In this document: positions 1 through 12,674 of the stretch, piece after piece
Layout of the letters: each line of letters starts with the position of its first letter
How positions within the stretch are numbered: the first letter of the stretch is position 1
From: Squalus acanthias
Taxonomy: Eukaryota
Length of the DNA stretch: 64,000 nucleotides
Direction: 5' to 3'
NCBI GenBank assembly: GCA_030390025.1
Contig: CM059432.1
Location: 96,908,001 to 96,972,000, forward strand
Notes under the pieces: generated by a model
The model's database searches: none
Seen by the model: the letters and a program-made list of their open reading frames with translations, nothing else
Told to the model about the DNA's origin: nothing
Position numbers and translations under genes: made by a program

Positions 1-548
1 TGATTGCCTTATCTGAGGAAGGATGTTCTTGCTATGGAGGGAGTGCAGCGAAGATTCACCAGACTGATACCTGGGATGGCAGGAATGACGTATGAAGAGA
101 GATTGGGTCGATTGGGCTTGTATTCACTAGAGTTTAGAAGAATGAGAGGGGATCTCATTGAAACTTATAAAATTCTAACAGGACTAGACAGACTAGATGC
201 AGGAAGGATGTTCCGGTTGGCGGGGGCGTCCAGAACCAGGGGTCACAGTCTAAGGATAAGGGGTAAGCCATTTAGGACTGAGATGAGGAGGAATTTCTTC
301 ACCCAGAGAGTGGTGAACCTGTGGAATTCTCTACCACAGAAGACAGTTGAAACCAATTCATTAAATATATTCAAGAAGGAGTTAGATGTATTTCTTAAGG
401 CTAAAGGGATCAAGGGATATGGGGAGAAAGCAGGGACAGGGTACTGAATTTGGATGATCAGCCATGATCACATTGAATGGCGGAGCTGGCTCGAGGGGCC
501 GAATGGCCTACTCCTGCTCCTATCTTCTATTTTTCTATGTTTCTATGT
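1..548 (+). mobile_element. CR1-clade LINE (HER1-like) 3' end: ORF2 C-terminus, 3' UTR and (TTCTATGT)n tail
   Basis: ORF 4..447 PYLRKD..VQRRFTRLIPG..RRMRGDLIETYKI..FFTQRVVNLWNSLP; 3' UTR GAATGGCCTACTCCTGCTCCTA and tail TTCTATGT; nearly identical to the reverse complement of 28642-29170. Confidence 0.95.
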
Positions 549-769
549 GGACATACATACGGATTATCTTTATTAAAATCCAATGCATGTGCAAGCAGGG
601 AAGACTTGACCAGCAATGGACATATCCGTTACACAATTACTGATGTTATTCTTTATAACTTAATATTTTGAATACTACAGGTGGGATAAAAAAATCAGCA
701 ACTTAACATTGGACCTGCTAAAGTCTAATTTAATTCAGTTGTGTACTTGTTGTATATCTGGGACTGTCT

Positions 770-922
770 TCTCTAAAAGACTGTGGATGCTGGGTCGGTT
801 GGTAAAGTTATCAAGAGAAATAGAGCAAAGGTAGGTAAATGGAGACACAGATTAGCCACAATATAACTGAATGGCAGAACAGGCTTGAGGGGCTGAATGG
901 CCTACTCCTGATCCTATGTTGT
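770..922 (+). mobile_element. Degraded CR1/HER1 3' UTR fragment
   Basis: GAATGGCAGAACAGGCTTGAGGGGCTGAATGGCCTACTCCTG..CCTATGTT resembles 475-548. Confidence 0.7.
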
Positions 923-1379
923 TCTTTAGATAGCATTCCCACCGTCCCTGAACCACAGCACAAGTTCCATGTAGGATTTGTTCAATCTACATCTACAGTT
1001 TCTTGCAGTTAATTCAAAGTCATTTTTTTGCTCAAAGAAACTTCTAATTACCAGTGATTTGAATTCATAAAACAGCACAAGACCTGTTTTTTTACATGAT
1101 TTCAATGTGCATTAGTAGTTAATATGAAATAAAGGAGTAGACTGTATTTCAAAATTCCACATGATATTCCAAATGGGGCCTCACCATTGATCTATGCAAA
1201 GATATAATAAATTCATTCAACTTATAGTCGACCAACCTTGAAATGGATTCTAGAATTAAATTGACTTAAAACTTTCAGGGAATGATTAATCATCATGCCC
1301 AAATCCTTTTCCTCCTCCAAGTTGCTAAATGAAACCTTTTCATTGTGTATACATTCTTACTGTTGTACATTTCAATATC

Positions 1380-1600
1380 TATTGCCATAACATTTATATA
1401 TAGTATAAGCTTATTGCAATTCATAGCTATATGCTTAATTGGTCCATTGGTATCTTCAGATTTCTTTTTAATATTATTGCAAGAAGTACTTTCCTCCAAG
1501 TCATTTATGAATAGTGTGAATAACAGGTGTTCCCGATTAGGCTGTTGTGGCAGTCTCCTCTATGATGCATTCAGAATTAACATGAACTCTGATTTTAGCA
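1380..1600 (-). pseudogene. Very old CR1/L2-type RT remnant
   Basis: Minus strand reads LPQQ..LLFTLFINDLEESTSCNNIKK.SEDT, similar to PQLFTIYINDLDEGTRCNISKFADDT in the CR1 RT at 28926..29726. Confidence 0.5.
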
Positions 1601-2089
1601 TCATTTTGATTTTTATCCCTAAGTGTATTTGATTAATTTGAAGCAAATTATAGTGAATTTTGTACTGTGCATGTGTGCCCAATGGGAACACTGCCTTGGC
1701 ATCAGATTGCTCAAACTCATTTTATTCGAACATTTGACAGCTGCAGGGGAGGGCGAGGAATCTAGATGCCAACCGTGGAGGCTCGATTTTAACACAGATC
1801 TCAGAGGTGAAAGGACAACCATTTTTGAGAATTAAAAAATAAGTTATAAAAGGGAATGGTAATCAGGATTAGGAACCTTACTGATTTTCCTCTCCCTAAC
1901 CCAGGGGCTAATTGTAGTGTCCCTACCACTTTCCAGGCTAAGATCAGTTAACTTAGCACAGACCTATTGAGTTTTGTTAAGTATTCGGGAAAAGTCAAGA
2001 GCAAGTGCCAACAGGTTGTTTCATTATGGGGAGCATTACAACCAATTCTAACCTCCCCCAATGTTCACACATAGATTCATAAATGATAG

Positions 2090-2602
2090 AATCATGGAAA
2101 TTACAGCAGGTAAGGAAGCTATACAACCCACTGTGCCTGTGTTGGCGCTAGCTTTTCAACAGGAGCTATCTACTGTAATACCATTTGCCTGCCCTTCCGA
2201 TTCCTTTACAAATGATGTCAGTTCCCATGTCAATAGGCAGTCAGTAGCAAAGTTTTAATAACTCGGTGTGTGAAAATGTTTCTTCTAATTTCGCCTAGCA
2301 ATAATTTAGAGCCTATGCTCTCTTGTTACCAATTCACTGACCAATAGAAATAATCTTTCATTACTTACCCTACTCTCATAACCTTTCATAATGTTATTAG
2401 GTCACCATTTAATCTTCTCTGTTCCATGAAAACGACTCAATTTCTCAAGCCTTTCTTTATAACTATGAACTTTAACTTCTGATATCATTCTAGTGAATCT
2501 TCACTGTACCCTTTGCATGGCTTTAATATCCTTCCTATAATGGGATGCTCTAAAAAGCATCTAATACTTCAATTATAATCTAACCAATGCCATGTATATG
2601 TG
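2090..2602 (-). mobile_element. Old CR1-type LINE 3' fragment; target of the Penelope insertion, resumes at about 7227-7310
   Basis: Degenerate similarity to the minus-strand CR1 at 10912-11745 (AGGTCACC..CTTCT, CTAGTGAATCTT, CTAACCAA); continues after the Penelope TSD. Confidence 0.55.
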
Positions 2603-3854
2603 CATGGACTACTCCTCAGAATCGGTTTCATTCTTGGACACACGAATCTCCATCAAAGACGGACGCCTCAGCACTTCACTCTACCGCAAGCCCACGGACA
2701 ACCTCACGATGCTCCACTTCTCCAGCTTCCACCCTAACCACGTTAAAGAAGCCATCCCTTATGGACAAGCCCTGTGAATACACAGGATCTGCTCAGACAA
2801 GGAGGAACGCGATGGACACCTACGGACACTGAAAGACGCCCTCGTAAGAACGGGATATGACGCTCGACTCGTCGATCGACAGTTCCGACGGGCCACAGCG
2901 AAAAACCGCATAGACTTCCTCAGAAGGCGAACACGGGACACAACCAACAGAGTACCCTACGTCATCCAGTACTTCCCCGGAGCGGAGAAACTATGCCATG
3001 TTCTTCGCAGCCTTCAACATGTCATCGATGACGATGAACACCTTGCTAAGGCCATCCCCACACCTCCACTACTCGCCTTCAAGCAGCCGCCTAACCTCAA
3101 AAGTACCATCGTTCGCAGCAAATTACCCAGCTGTCAGGAGAACAGCGACCACGACACCACACAACCCTGCCACGGCAACCTCTGCAAGACATGCCAGATC
3201 ATGAACACAGATACCGTCATCACACGTGAGGACACTACCCACCAGGTACATGGTACATACTCATGTGACTCGGCCAACATTGTCTACCTGATACATTGCA
3301 GGAAAGGATGCCCCAGAGCATGGTACATCGGCGAGACCATGCAGACACTGAGACAACGTATGAACGGACACCGCGCAACAATCGCCAGGCAGGATGGTTG
3401 CCTCCCAGTCAGGGAACACTTCAGCAGTCAAGGGCATTCAGCCTCGGATCTGCAGGGTTAGCGTTCTCCAAGGCGGCCTTCGAGACACACGACAACGCAA
3501 AATCATCGAGCAGAAACTGATAGCCAAGTTCTGCACTCATGAGGACGGCCTCAATAGGGATATTGGGTTCATGTCACGCTACAGAACGTGACTTGACATC
3601 GTTGTCTGTCTTTCCAGTTTTTAAAAAACAAACACAATAAAGCAAACCCAAAAAACAACCCAAAAAGGATGGAGAGAGAGGAAGGGATATGGAGAGGATA
3701 TGCAGACAGCAGGATTTGACACGTTGGACCCCCTGGGACACATCTCATTGTCTTGGCTGTGCTCTTGGTGTGTCTTTGATGTAAGGAAAGATTGTATCTC
3801 TGCATTTTCTGTGTTTATATTCTGTGAACTTTTGTAGATTCACTCATTGTAACT

Positions 3855-3896
3855 TTACCTGAAGAAGGGGCGATCGATAGCTCCGAAAGCTTGTAA
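3855..3896 (+). ncRNA. Minimal hammerhead ribozyme-like motif in the Penelope pLTR
   Basis: TTAC-CTGAAGA-A-GGGGC(GATCGATA)GCTCC-GAAAGCTT-GTAA: CUGANGA and GAAA cores, stem I TTAC/GTAA, palindromic AAGCTT in place of stem III. Confidence 0.72.
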
Positions 3897-3983
3897 TTTT
3901 AAATAAATCTGTTGGACTATAACCTGGTGTTGTGCGACTTCTCATTTTTGTCCACCCCAGTCCAACGCCGGCATCTCCGCATC

Positions 3984-6873
3984 ATGACCACTATTGACAC
4001 CGCAAACTGCCGGCTCAAAGTGGAGAGAATCTCCAAGAAGATCGTGCATATTGACACAGACATCAAGTATCTGCAGAGATGCAAGAAAGCAGACAAGATT
4101 CCGAAAGGACTACAGATCACGAACCCACTCAAGTCGACATACAACACAGACTACGCTGAGAGACTTTGCCGTTGTACCTCTCGCACACTCCTCAACCATC
4201 TCGTACACCAACTCTACAGCAGACGCCGCAACCTCGAAACCAAGATAGAGTCAATGCTCTCAGCCTGTGCTCAGAACACAGCAGACCAGCTATGAGACAC
4301 CGCCAAACAGACGAGGCAACGGAACTACGCTTCCTACATGCGCATCAAGAACAGGAAGCTTGAGAAACTCGGCATCACCACCAGCTGCAACCAAGCCTCC
4401 CCCGGTACCACGGTTGCAACCACAGGGAAGTCCATCGTCAACCTGTCGGACCACACCCTTCAACCAGACGAAATCGAAGTTCTCGCCCTAGGGCTCAAGT
4501 TCTGCCCCACCACCAAAATGGACCCCATCGGTCTCGCGGCAGACACAGAGGAATTCATCAGGAGAATGAGTATCCGGGAATACTACCACAAATCCCAAGA
4601 TGTCAGCAACAAACCCAATGAGACAATCAATGATCCAGAACAGCAGACAGAGGGAACCGCAGTGCTGCAACCGAAGAAGAAAGAGTCAAATTGGACCCCT
4701 CCGGAGGGTCGCTGCCCTAAGCTTTACATGTATGCTCAAGCTGTCAGGAGATGCATCAACACCAGATTCATCAGCCGCACTCACAAGACAGTCCAGAATG
4801 TCACCCGAGCACAACGCAACGCCATCCACGCTCTCAAGACCAACCGCAACATCGTCATCAAACCAGCGGACGAAGGAGGAGCCATCATCATACAGAACAG
4901 AATGGACTATTGCAAAGAAGCATACCGACAACTGGACAACCAGGAACACTACAGACAGCTACCCGCAGATCCGACCAAAGAACACACCCGCCAACTCAAT
5001 AGACTGATCAAGACCTTCGATCCAGACCTTCAAAACATCCTACACGCTCTCATCCCACGTACTCCCCGCGTAGGAGACTTTTACTGCCTCCCAAAGATAC
5101 ACAAAGCCAACACACCCAGACGTCCTATCGTATCAGGCAACAGAACCCTGTGTGAGAACCTCTCTGGGTACGTCGAGGGCATCCTGAAACCCATCGTACA
5201 GGGAACCCCCAGCTTCTGTCGCGACACTACTGACTTCTTGCAGAAACTCAGCACCCATGGACCAGTTGAACCAGGAACACTCCTCGCCACGATGGACGTA
5301 TCGGCACTCTACACCAATATCCCCCACGATGACGGCATTGCTGTGACAGCCTCAGTACTCAACACCAACAACAGCCAATCTCCAGACGCCATCCTACAAC
5401 TCATCTGCTTCATCCTTGACCACAATGTCTTCACCTTCGACAACCAGTTTTTTACCCAAACACACGGAACAGCCATGGGGACCAAATTCACACCCCAATA
5501 CGCCAACATCTTCATGCACAAGTACGAACAAGACTTCTTCGCTGCACAGGACCTCCAACCAACGCTGTACACCAGATACATCGACGACATCTTCTTCCTT
5601 TGGACCCACGGCGAAGGATCACTGAAAGGACTACACGATAGCATCAACAGGTTCCATCCCACCATCAAACTCACCATGGACTACTCCTCAGAATCGATTT
5701 CATTCTTGGACACACAAATCTCCATCAAAGACGGACGCCTCAGCACTTCACTCTACTGCAAGCCCACGGACAACCTCACGATGCTCCACTTCTCCAGCTT
5801 CCACCCTAACCACGTTAAAGAAGCCATCCCCTATGGACAAGCCTTGCGAATACACAGGATCTGCTCAGACGAGGAGGAACGCAATGGACACCTACGGACA
5901 CTGAAAGACGCCCTCGTAAGAACGGGATATGACGCTCGACTCGTCGATCGACAGTTCCGACGGGCCACAGCGAAAAACCGCACAGTCCTCCTCAGAAGGC
6001 GAACACGGGACACAACCAACAGAGTACCCTATGTCGTCCAGTACTTCCCCGGAGCGGAGAAACTACGCCATGTTCTTCGCAGCCTTCAACATGTCATCGA
6101 TGACGATGAACACCTTGCTAAGGCCATCCCCACACCTCCACTACTCGCCTTCAAGCAGCCGCCTAACCTCAAAAGTACCATCGTTTGCAGCAAATTACCC
6201 AGCTGTCAGGAGAACAGCGACCACGACACCACACAACCCTGCCACGGCAACCTCTGCAAGACATGCCAGATCATGAAATCAGATATCGTCATCACACGAG
6301 AAGACACTACCCACCAGGTGCATGGTACATACTCATGTGACTCGGCCAACATTGTCTACCTGATACATTGCAGGAAAGGATGCCCCAGAGCATAGAAACA
6401 TAGAAACATAGAATCTAGGAGCAGGAGTAGGCCATTCGGCCCGTCGAGCCTGCTCCACCATTCAATACGATCATGGCTGATCATCCAAATCCAGTACCCT
6501 GTCCCTGCTTTAATCCCCACAGTACACATATCCCACCCTACCCCCGTAACCCCACGTATTTAATTCCCCCTAACATATCCCATCCTATCCCCATAACCCC
6601 ACATGGTACATCGGCGAGACCATGCAGACACTGAGACAACATATGAACGGACACCGCGCAACAATCGCCAGGCAGGATGGTTGCCTCCCAGTCGGGGAAC
6701 ACTTCAGCAGTCAAGGGCATTCAGCCTCGGATCTGCGGGTTAGCGTTCTCCAAGGCGGCCTTCGGGATACACGACAACGCAAAATCATCGAGCAGAAACT
6801 GATAGCCAAGTTACGCACTCATGAGGACGGCCTCAATAGGGATATCGGGTTCATGTCACGCTACAGAACGTGA
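3984..6873 (+). pseudogene. Penelope RT + GIY-YIG endonuclease ORF, disrupted by one in-frame TGA (4293-4295) and a SINE insertion
   Basis: ORFs 3912..4295 and 4338..6395 share a frame; motifs IKPADEGG, LPKIHK, RPIVS, MDVSALYT, GTAMG, RYIDD, FLD; IVYLIHC..(insert)..WYIGET..R..H; ends GLNRD. Confidence 0.92.
6394..6601 (-). mobile_element. 5'-truncated HE1-like SINE inserted in the Penelope GIY-YIG region
   Basis: Reverse complement of about 60405-60620; (CATAGAAA)n tail; target CAT repeated; absent from the upstream Penelope duplicate (3318-3325). Confidence 0.88.
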
Positions 6874-7137
6874 CTTGACATCGTTGTCTGTCTTTCCAGT
6901 TTTAAAAAAACAAACACAAAAAAGCAAACACAAAAAACAAACCCAAAAAGGACGGAGAGAGAGGAAGGGATATGGAGAGGATATGCAGACAGCAGGATTT
7001 GACACGTTGGACCCCCTGGGACACATCTCATTGTCTTGGCTGTGCTCTTGGTGTGTCTTTGATGTAAGGAAAGATTGTATCTCTGCATTTTCTGTGTTTA
7101 TATTCTGCGAACTTTTGTAGATTCACTCATTGTAATT

Positions 7138-7175
7138 TTACCTGAAGAAGGGGCGATAGCTCCGAAAGCTTGTAA
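7138..7175 (+). ncRNA. Second minimal hammerhead-like motif (3' pLTR copy)
   Basis: TTAC-CTGAAGA-A-GGGGC(GATA)GCTCC-GAAAGCTT-GTAA. Confidence 0.72.
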
Positions 7176-7337
7176 TTTTAAATAAATCTGTTGGACTATA
7201 ACCTGGTGTTGTGTGACTTCTCATTTATGTATATGTGCAGAAGTAATTATTTGCTTTTATATTCAATCTTCCTATATATAAATCCAGAATCCCATTTAAC
7301 CCTTTTTATGGACTGTTCTCCCTGTGTTCTCACACCT

Positions 7338-7750
7338 GGGTCAGCCGTGGCTCAGTGATAGCACTCTTGCCTCTGAGTCAGAAAGTTGTGGATTCAAGCC
7401 CCACTCCAGAGACTGAGTGCATAATTTAGGTTGATTCACCAGTGCAATATTGAGGAAAAACTGCACTGTCAGAGGGACCATCTTTCACATGAGACAATAA
7501 ACACAAAAGATCCCGTGGCATTGTGTGAAGAAGAGCAGGGTGAGTTCTCCCGGTGTTCTGACTAACATCTATCCCTCAACCAACACCACTAAACAGATTA
7601 TATGGTCATTTAACTCATTGATATTTTTGGGACCTTGTGTGCAAATTGGCTGTCATGTTTCTGTACATTACAACAGTGACTACACTTCAAAAGTACTTCA
7701 TTGGTTGTAAAGCATTTTGGGACATTCTGAGGTTGTGAAAGGTGCAATAT
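7338..7750 (+). mobile_element. tRNA-derived Deu-domain SINE (SacSINE1-like)
   Basis: A box TGGCTCAGTGATAG, B-box-like GGATTCAAGCCC, Deu-like core AAAGATCCCGTGGCA..GAAGAAGAGCAGGG..TCTCCCGGTGTTCTG.CTAACAT..TCCCTCAACC. Confidence 0.7.
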
Positions 7751-9490
7751 CTTTCTTTGTTCCTACTATTTAAAGATGTATGTAATGGAAATTTTAAATC
7801 TCTCTGTGCCTTCTCCCTGTTAAGGTCTTACTATTCAGTGCATACTTATTTTCACTGTCCTTTTTCTAAAATTCTATTACGTCACACTGAACTGCATTTT
7901 CCACCTATCTGCCCACTCCACTAACTAGACTATATCCTCCTGTACTGAGTTTTCCATGCCCTCTTGTACCTATCTCCAAATCATTTACAAAAAAAAAGGA
8001 GGTGACAGTACATTTCATTACATTATTATCCACAGCCCACAAAGACATAAAACATCCTACTTAGCCTTACTCTTTGCTTTCTGTCTCTACTATCCATACA
8101 GCTAAATTCACCATCATGTCAAGTATTTTAGCTTCAATAACAAGTCCATTATATGACACCATATAAATGTTCTGCATCAATCAGAAGCAAGATCTGTAAA
8201 TGCGTTTACCTGTCCCTAGTCCAGGAGCACTCCAACCAACTGCCCTGGCCTGCTAGCATCGCAGATGAGCTCAACTTATGCTGCACAGAACTGGAATCAA
8301 ACTTGAGACCTTCCTGGTCTGTACAATTCAGTTGCACGCAAAGTAATGCGTTTACCAACTGACCCATTAGCAGAACTTTAACTAAGGTTAAATGTGGTCC
8401 GCAGTGCAATAATGAAATATTATTGATTATGTTGTTATTAAGCTGGAAAATGTCTTGCAAGGCACTTTAGCAGATGACAATGACCCTTTTATCTCAGAGG
8501 TCAGTAACAATGACGAATTTCTGAAACGAATTCCTTGTTGATACTTCAAAGGCTGAATCTCCAAAATTAGACACCTGTACCAACACTAAATTTAAGGCAA
8601 CAATTGATTAAATACTGAAATCATAAGAGCAAAACTTGAGCAATTAATTTTCATCTAACCTCTATGATAAAATTATTTTTATTGGTAATTACTCTCACAG
8701 TCCATTATAACTTATATAGCAATAAGTATTAAGCATGCGGTATTGTAGACTTCTAGATGGTGTTGGTTTCTCTTGCAACAGGTGTCATGGTCAACATTGA
8801 TGACCAGGATGCTCTAATCACTCAGCTGATGTACTGATATATTCACTGAATGAATAAATATGTGTCGTAATTACTGCAAAATGTTGGCCAACAACCAACA
8901 AACTCAAACAGAAAAGCTTACTAGTGGAGAAAATATGCACAATAAGCATGGCTATGAATTTATTGTGGAATATTTGCCTAGATATTGTTGTTGATACAAG
9001 TTATCGTGGTGCGCTATAGCAAATAGACCATGAGTCAGGCTTGTTCTGTTTGTTAATTCAGGGATCATTACTTGTTGAGGAGAAAGCCCACAAAATTGCT
9101 ATCCTCAAGCATTACATGTACAATTTGTTAATCTTGCCAATATGAAATGTGTGTTAGAATGCAGGCAAATTCTCACGTGCCAGGTAAGAGGAGCCATTGG
9201 CTAAAAATTGGTTATGGGTTGTTTTCAGGTGCATACCAATGCCGTGCACAGCATTCAGGAGGCCCGTGGCTCACCCAAAATTGGATCTTGGGCCTCATTC
9301 CAATCATTTGCATGAGCTGCCCGCTCCTGTTGTGTCTCCAGATGCAGCTCACCTACTTCCAGTATCAAATTCCAGGTTGCCTCCCTTGCTGGGAGCAGCC
9401 TTTAGGTAAGTCCTGGGGGAGGGGGTGGGGAAGATCATGGACTGGCAGTGGCCTGGCTCCACAGGAATATGTTTTTCATTTAGACACTTA

Positions 9491-10383
9491 GGGGGAAAAA
9501 TTCAGTTGGTTGCGCCTCCCGTTAGCGCCTTAAGAGGGCGCTAATGGGGCGCAAAGCAGCTAGCGCCCGGGCGCAGCGATGTTTGCGCCGCTCGCGAAAT
9601 TAACTAGACATTTTGCGGCGGCGCTAAACTTTATCGCCGCGATCTCCTGCGCCGGCAGATCATGACGTCACTCGAGTGCGCAACGCCCCGGTATCGCCCC
9701 GGAGCGGATATTGAGTGGTGCCCCCTGCCTTACCGCCTGACGCTAGCAACGACAGGTTGAGGGGAGCGTTCTGCAGTCATGAAGGGAAAGTGGGAGCGCT
9801 ATTTAAAGGTGACCGCTTCCTGCCTTTTATTGTTGGTGCCATTTTTGAACTACGCATTCTGAGAGAGAGAGGGAGAGACTTCTGGAGAGATTCAACGTTG
9901 TGTGAAGGAGTTTTGGGTACTGAGCAGCACTTTGCAGGTTCATTTTGATTTGCCATTCCTTGTATCGATTTAGCAGAGACTGTGGGGGCTGCACTCTGAG
10001 CTCTTTGCCTGGTACTCTCCATTGTTCTTTCCAGCACATTTGATGTGCAGGTCTCTCCAGGCCGAGATTCAAGGCTGCAATGAGCAGGATGTGGATGGAA
10101 AGCAAGATTAACCATCCCCTTTAAGAACTGGCCCGTGCCATTGTGTGTGTGTTCCATTGCTGACTGACATCACATGAGCTTCGCCAGCGCTCTGAGGTAG
10201 CGCCTCGCTCCTCAGGCTTTGCGCCTTAAGACAGGTGTGAAGCGCCTGATTTAGCGCTGCAATCACCTCCAGGGGCGATAAAAGTCAAGTTTGCAGTCGG
10301 TGGCAATAATTAGCGCCAGGCGCTAATTTTTGTGCCCGGACGATATTTGCGCCCCAAATGGGGCGCGACTGAATTTTTCCCCC
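9491..10383 (-). mobile_element. 893-bp Harbinger MITE (same family as the 40740-46596 array, opposite orientation)
   Basis: TIR GGGGGAAAAATTCAGT / ACTGAATTTTTCCCCC; TTA TSD (9488-9490, 10384-10386); same 126-aa pseudo-ORF as the array units. Confidence 0.93.
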
Positions 10384-10911
10384 TTAGGCCTTTGATTCAC
10401 TTAAGGCTCACCAATTTAGTGTAGAAGTCGTGAAACAAGCGTTAGGACTCTCATTTACAAATGTAAAATGGCTATTGACTGTTTCAGGCAGGGACCAAGG
10501 TCGACTGAGAAGCCACATAACCCTCGCGCTGATGGGCGCAGAATGTTGCTCCCCAAAATTGGGCCTTGTTGCGCCTGTCTAACGCCCATAAAATGGGCGT
10601 AATGAGGTCCAATTTCTACCCCAATAGCTGCAGTTTCAATCACCTTGTGCATGTATAAAGTTTCCAATGATAGGAATTGTTTCGAGTTTCCCCTTCCCCC
10701 ATTTCTTGATTCTATGTCGGAGAATGAACAGGAGTGGAGAAGGGCTGCCGGAAAATTCAGATGGCACCAGAGGTGTTCTGACTGTACCCACCAATATGCC
10801 ACCTTCATGTTGATAGAACCAGTCAATTGCTGAGAAGCATTTTCTCGGGAGGCTCAGATTTAGCAAGAAAGCAGTTGCAGGACAGTGACACCTGACTCAA
10901 GAAGACATAAT

Positions 10912-11745
10912 TACATAGCTACATAAAGGCTACAGAACAGAAACAGGCCATTCGGCCCAACTGGTCTATGCTGACGTTTATGCTCCACACGAGCCTCCTC
11001 CCACTAATCTTCCCTTTAGCTGTCTGGAGGTCGCGCGCAGGCACCAATGGAAATACTGCGCATGCGCAGAGATTTGAATAGGCCGCACAGTCCATTAAAG
11101 GGGCAGTGCACCAAAAAAAAATCCTGGTTACATTGCCTCCCACTCCTCTTCATCTCACCCTATCAGCATATCCTTCTATTCATTTCTCCCTCACGTGCTT
11201 ATCTAGCTTCCCCTGAAATGCATCTATGCTATTTGCCTCAATTACTCTTTGTGGTAGCAAGTTTCACATTCTAACCACTCTCTGGGTAAAGAAGTTTCTC
11301 TTGAATTACCTGTTGAATTTATTGGTGACTATCTAATATTCATGGCCCCTAGTTTTGGTCTCCCCCACAAGTGGAAACGTCTTCTCAATGTCTACCCTGT
11401 CAAACCCTTTCATAATCTTAAAGACATATATCAGGTCACCCCTCAGCCTTCTTTTTTCTAGAGAAAAGACTCCCAGCTTGTTCAGCCTTTCCTGATAAGT
11501 CTATCCTCTCACAATCTGGTATTATCCTTGTGAATCTATTTTGCACATTCTCCAGTCGTTCTATATCTTTTTTATAATATGGAGACCAGAACTGTGCACA
11601 GTACTCCAAGTTTGGTCTAACCAAGGCTTCTATACAAGTTTAACATAATTTCTCAGCTTTTCAATTCTATCCCTCTAGAAATCTACCCAGTGCTTGGTTT
11701 GCTATTTTTTGGCTTTGTTAACCTACGTCGTTACACTTAGTGACA
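10912..11745 (-). mobile_element. CR1/HER1-type LINE 3' fragment
   Basis: ORF 11436..11624 VRPNLEYCAQFWSPYYKKDI..VQNRFTRIIP; 3' UTR ACAGGCCATTCGGCCCAAC. Confidence 0.85.
11005..11135. mobile_element. 131-bp hAT-type MITE in the CR1 3' UTR
   Basis: 8-bp TSD CCTCCCAC at 10997-11004 and 11136-11143; degenerate ends TAATCTTCC / GGTTACATTG. Confidence 0.6.
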
Positions 11746-12037
11746 TAAGACAAATATACATATGAGCTCAGCACTGCCAATGGCTGCCAAGGGACCACTG
11801 TCCTCAATTTTAATATCTCCAGATAATTTCAGATTGGCTGAAATTAAATCTGGAGTATCAACTAATTTGCTGTCTATAGATGCATCGGTACAGTTCACAG
11901 AGTTTTCAAGATTACTGTTTTCTTCTGCATGCTTCATAATTTTGCTACACAAAAAGGCCTAACCATGGAGGAGAAGGAAAAAGAGGAGAAGGACAATCTG
12001 GAATCAAGAACAAGGCAGACAGTAACCCCATTCTAAG

Positions 12038-12137
12038 ATAACAACAGAAAACGCTGGAAAAACTCAGCAGGCCAGGCAGCATCCGTGGAGAGAGAAAGAG
12101 AGTTAACGTTTCAGGTCGATGACCTTTCATCAGAACT
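12038..12137 (-). mobile_element. 100-bp Penelope pLTR-derived insertion carrying a hammerhead motif
   Basis: 10-bp TSD CCATTCTAAG (12028-12037, 12138-12147); minus strand AGTT-CTGATGA-A-AGGTC(ATC)GACCT-GAAACGTT-AACT; matches the 5' region of the Penelope at 23017-23095. Confidence 0.82.
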
Positions 12138-12570
12138 CCATTCTAAGTGTTGATTACTCATGGGGGGGTAATTTTGATCGGGCCGATAGTGTAAAACGGG
12201 CGCAAGCGAATCGGCACCAGTTTTCCATCTCTCCCAATTTTCTTTTCTATTGAAGTCCTTAAAGAGACTGCTAGAGGCCACTCACAAAATGGCCAAAGTT
12301 TTATTTTAATGTTTTTTGTGGGGCCAGGAGGAACAGGAGTCTGTTGTGCCTTCTAATGCCTTCATTATATTTTTTACATGAAGGCCTCAGTTTCTCTTAA
12401 TAGCCTGGGCTTGGAATTATTATTTTTGCCCAGTCCTGTGATGTGAGCTGAATTTGTATTATGCAATCTGAGCATCTGAGCAACTCAGCTCTATATCTCC
12501 ATAGGTCAGCTAATTCTTACAAAAACAGCGATGCTGGAAATCTGAAACAAAAAGCAGAAAGTACGAGAAC

Positions 12571-12674
12571 TGTAAAGAGAAAAGACAAGTTAATGTTTTG
12601 GATGTAACCATTTTTCAAAACAGTTCTGATGAAGCTTACATGCCCAAAACATTAACTTGTCTTTTCTCTTTACA
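12571..12674. repeat. Perfect 31-bp inverted repeat in a degraded Penelope pLTR remnant
   Basis: TGTAAAGAGAAAAGACAAGTTAATGTTTTGG (12571-12601) and its reverse complement (12644-12674); loop contains AGTTCTGATGAAG. Confidence 0.8.

Larger units (their letters stand above)
2603..7226 (+). mobile_element. Penelope-like retroelement, partial-tandem (pLTR) structure with TSD
   Basis: 2603-3946 is a direct copy of 5675-7226 (minus the SINE insert); ATGTATATGTG(CA) duplicated at 2592-2604 and 7227-7239; RT plus GIY-YIG ORF. Confidence 0.93.
10700..12030 (+). pseudogene. Ancient, internally deleted Harbinger transposase remnant split by a CR1 insertion
   Basis: About 10845-10905 reads L.RLRFSKKAV..; 11770-11900 resembles ALPMAAK..VLNF..FQ..FAVYRCI; 11925-11980 CMLHNFA..GL.MEEKE; all similar to the 18292..19452 transposase. 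Confidence 0.6.

Noticed and set aside
8442..8830. Plus-strand exon-like segments (LENVLQGTLADDNDPFISE; VMVNIDDQDALITQL)
   Set aside because: Plausible splice sites but no homology I can recognise and no consistent gene model
11737..11962. Possible host exon (71-aa or 66-aa ORFs)
   Set aside because: Better explained as a decayed Harbinger transposase on the plus strand
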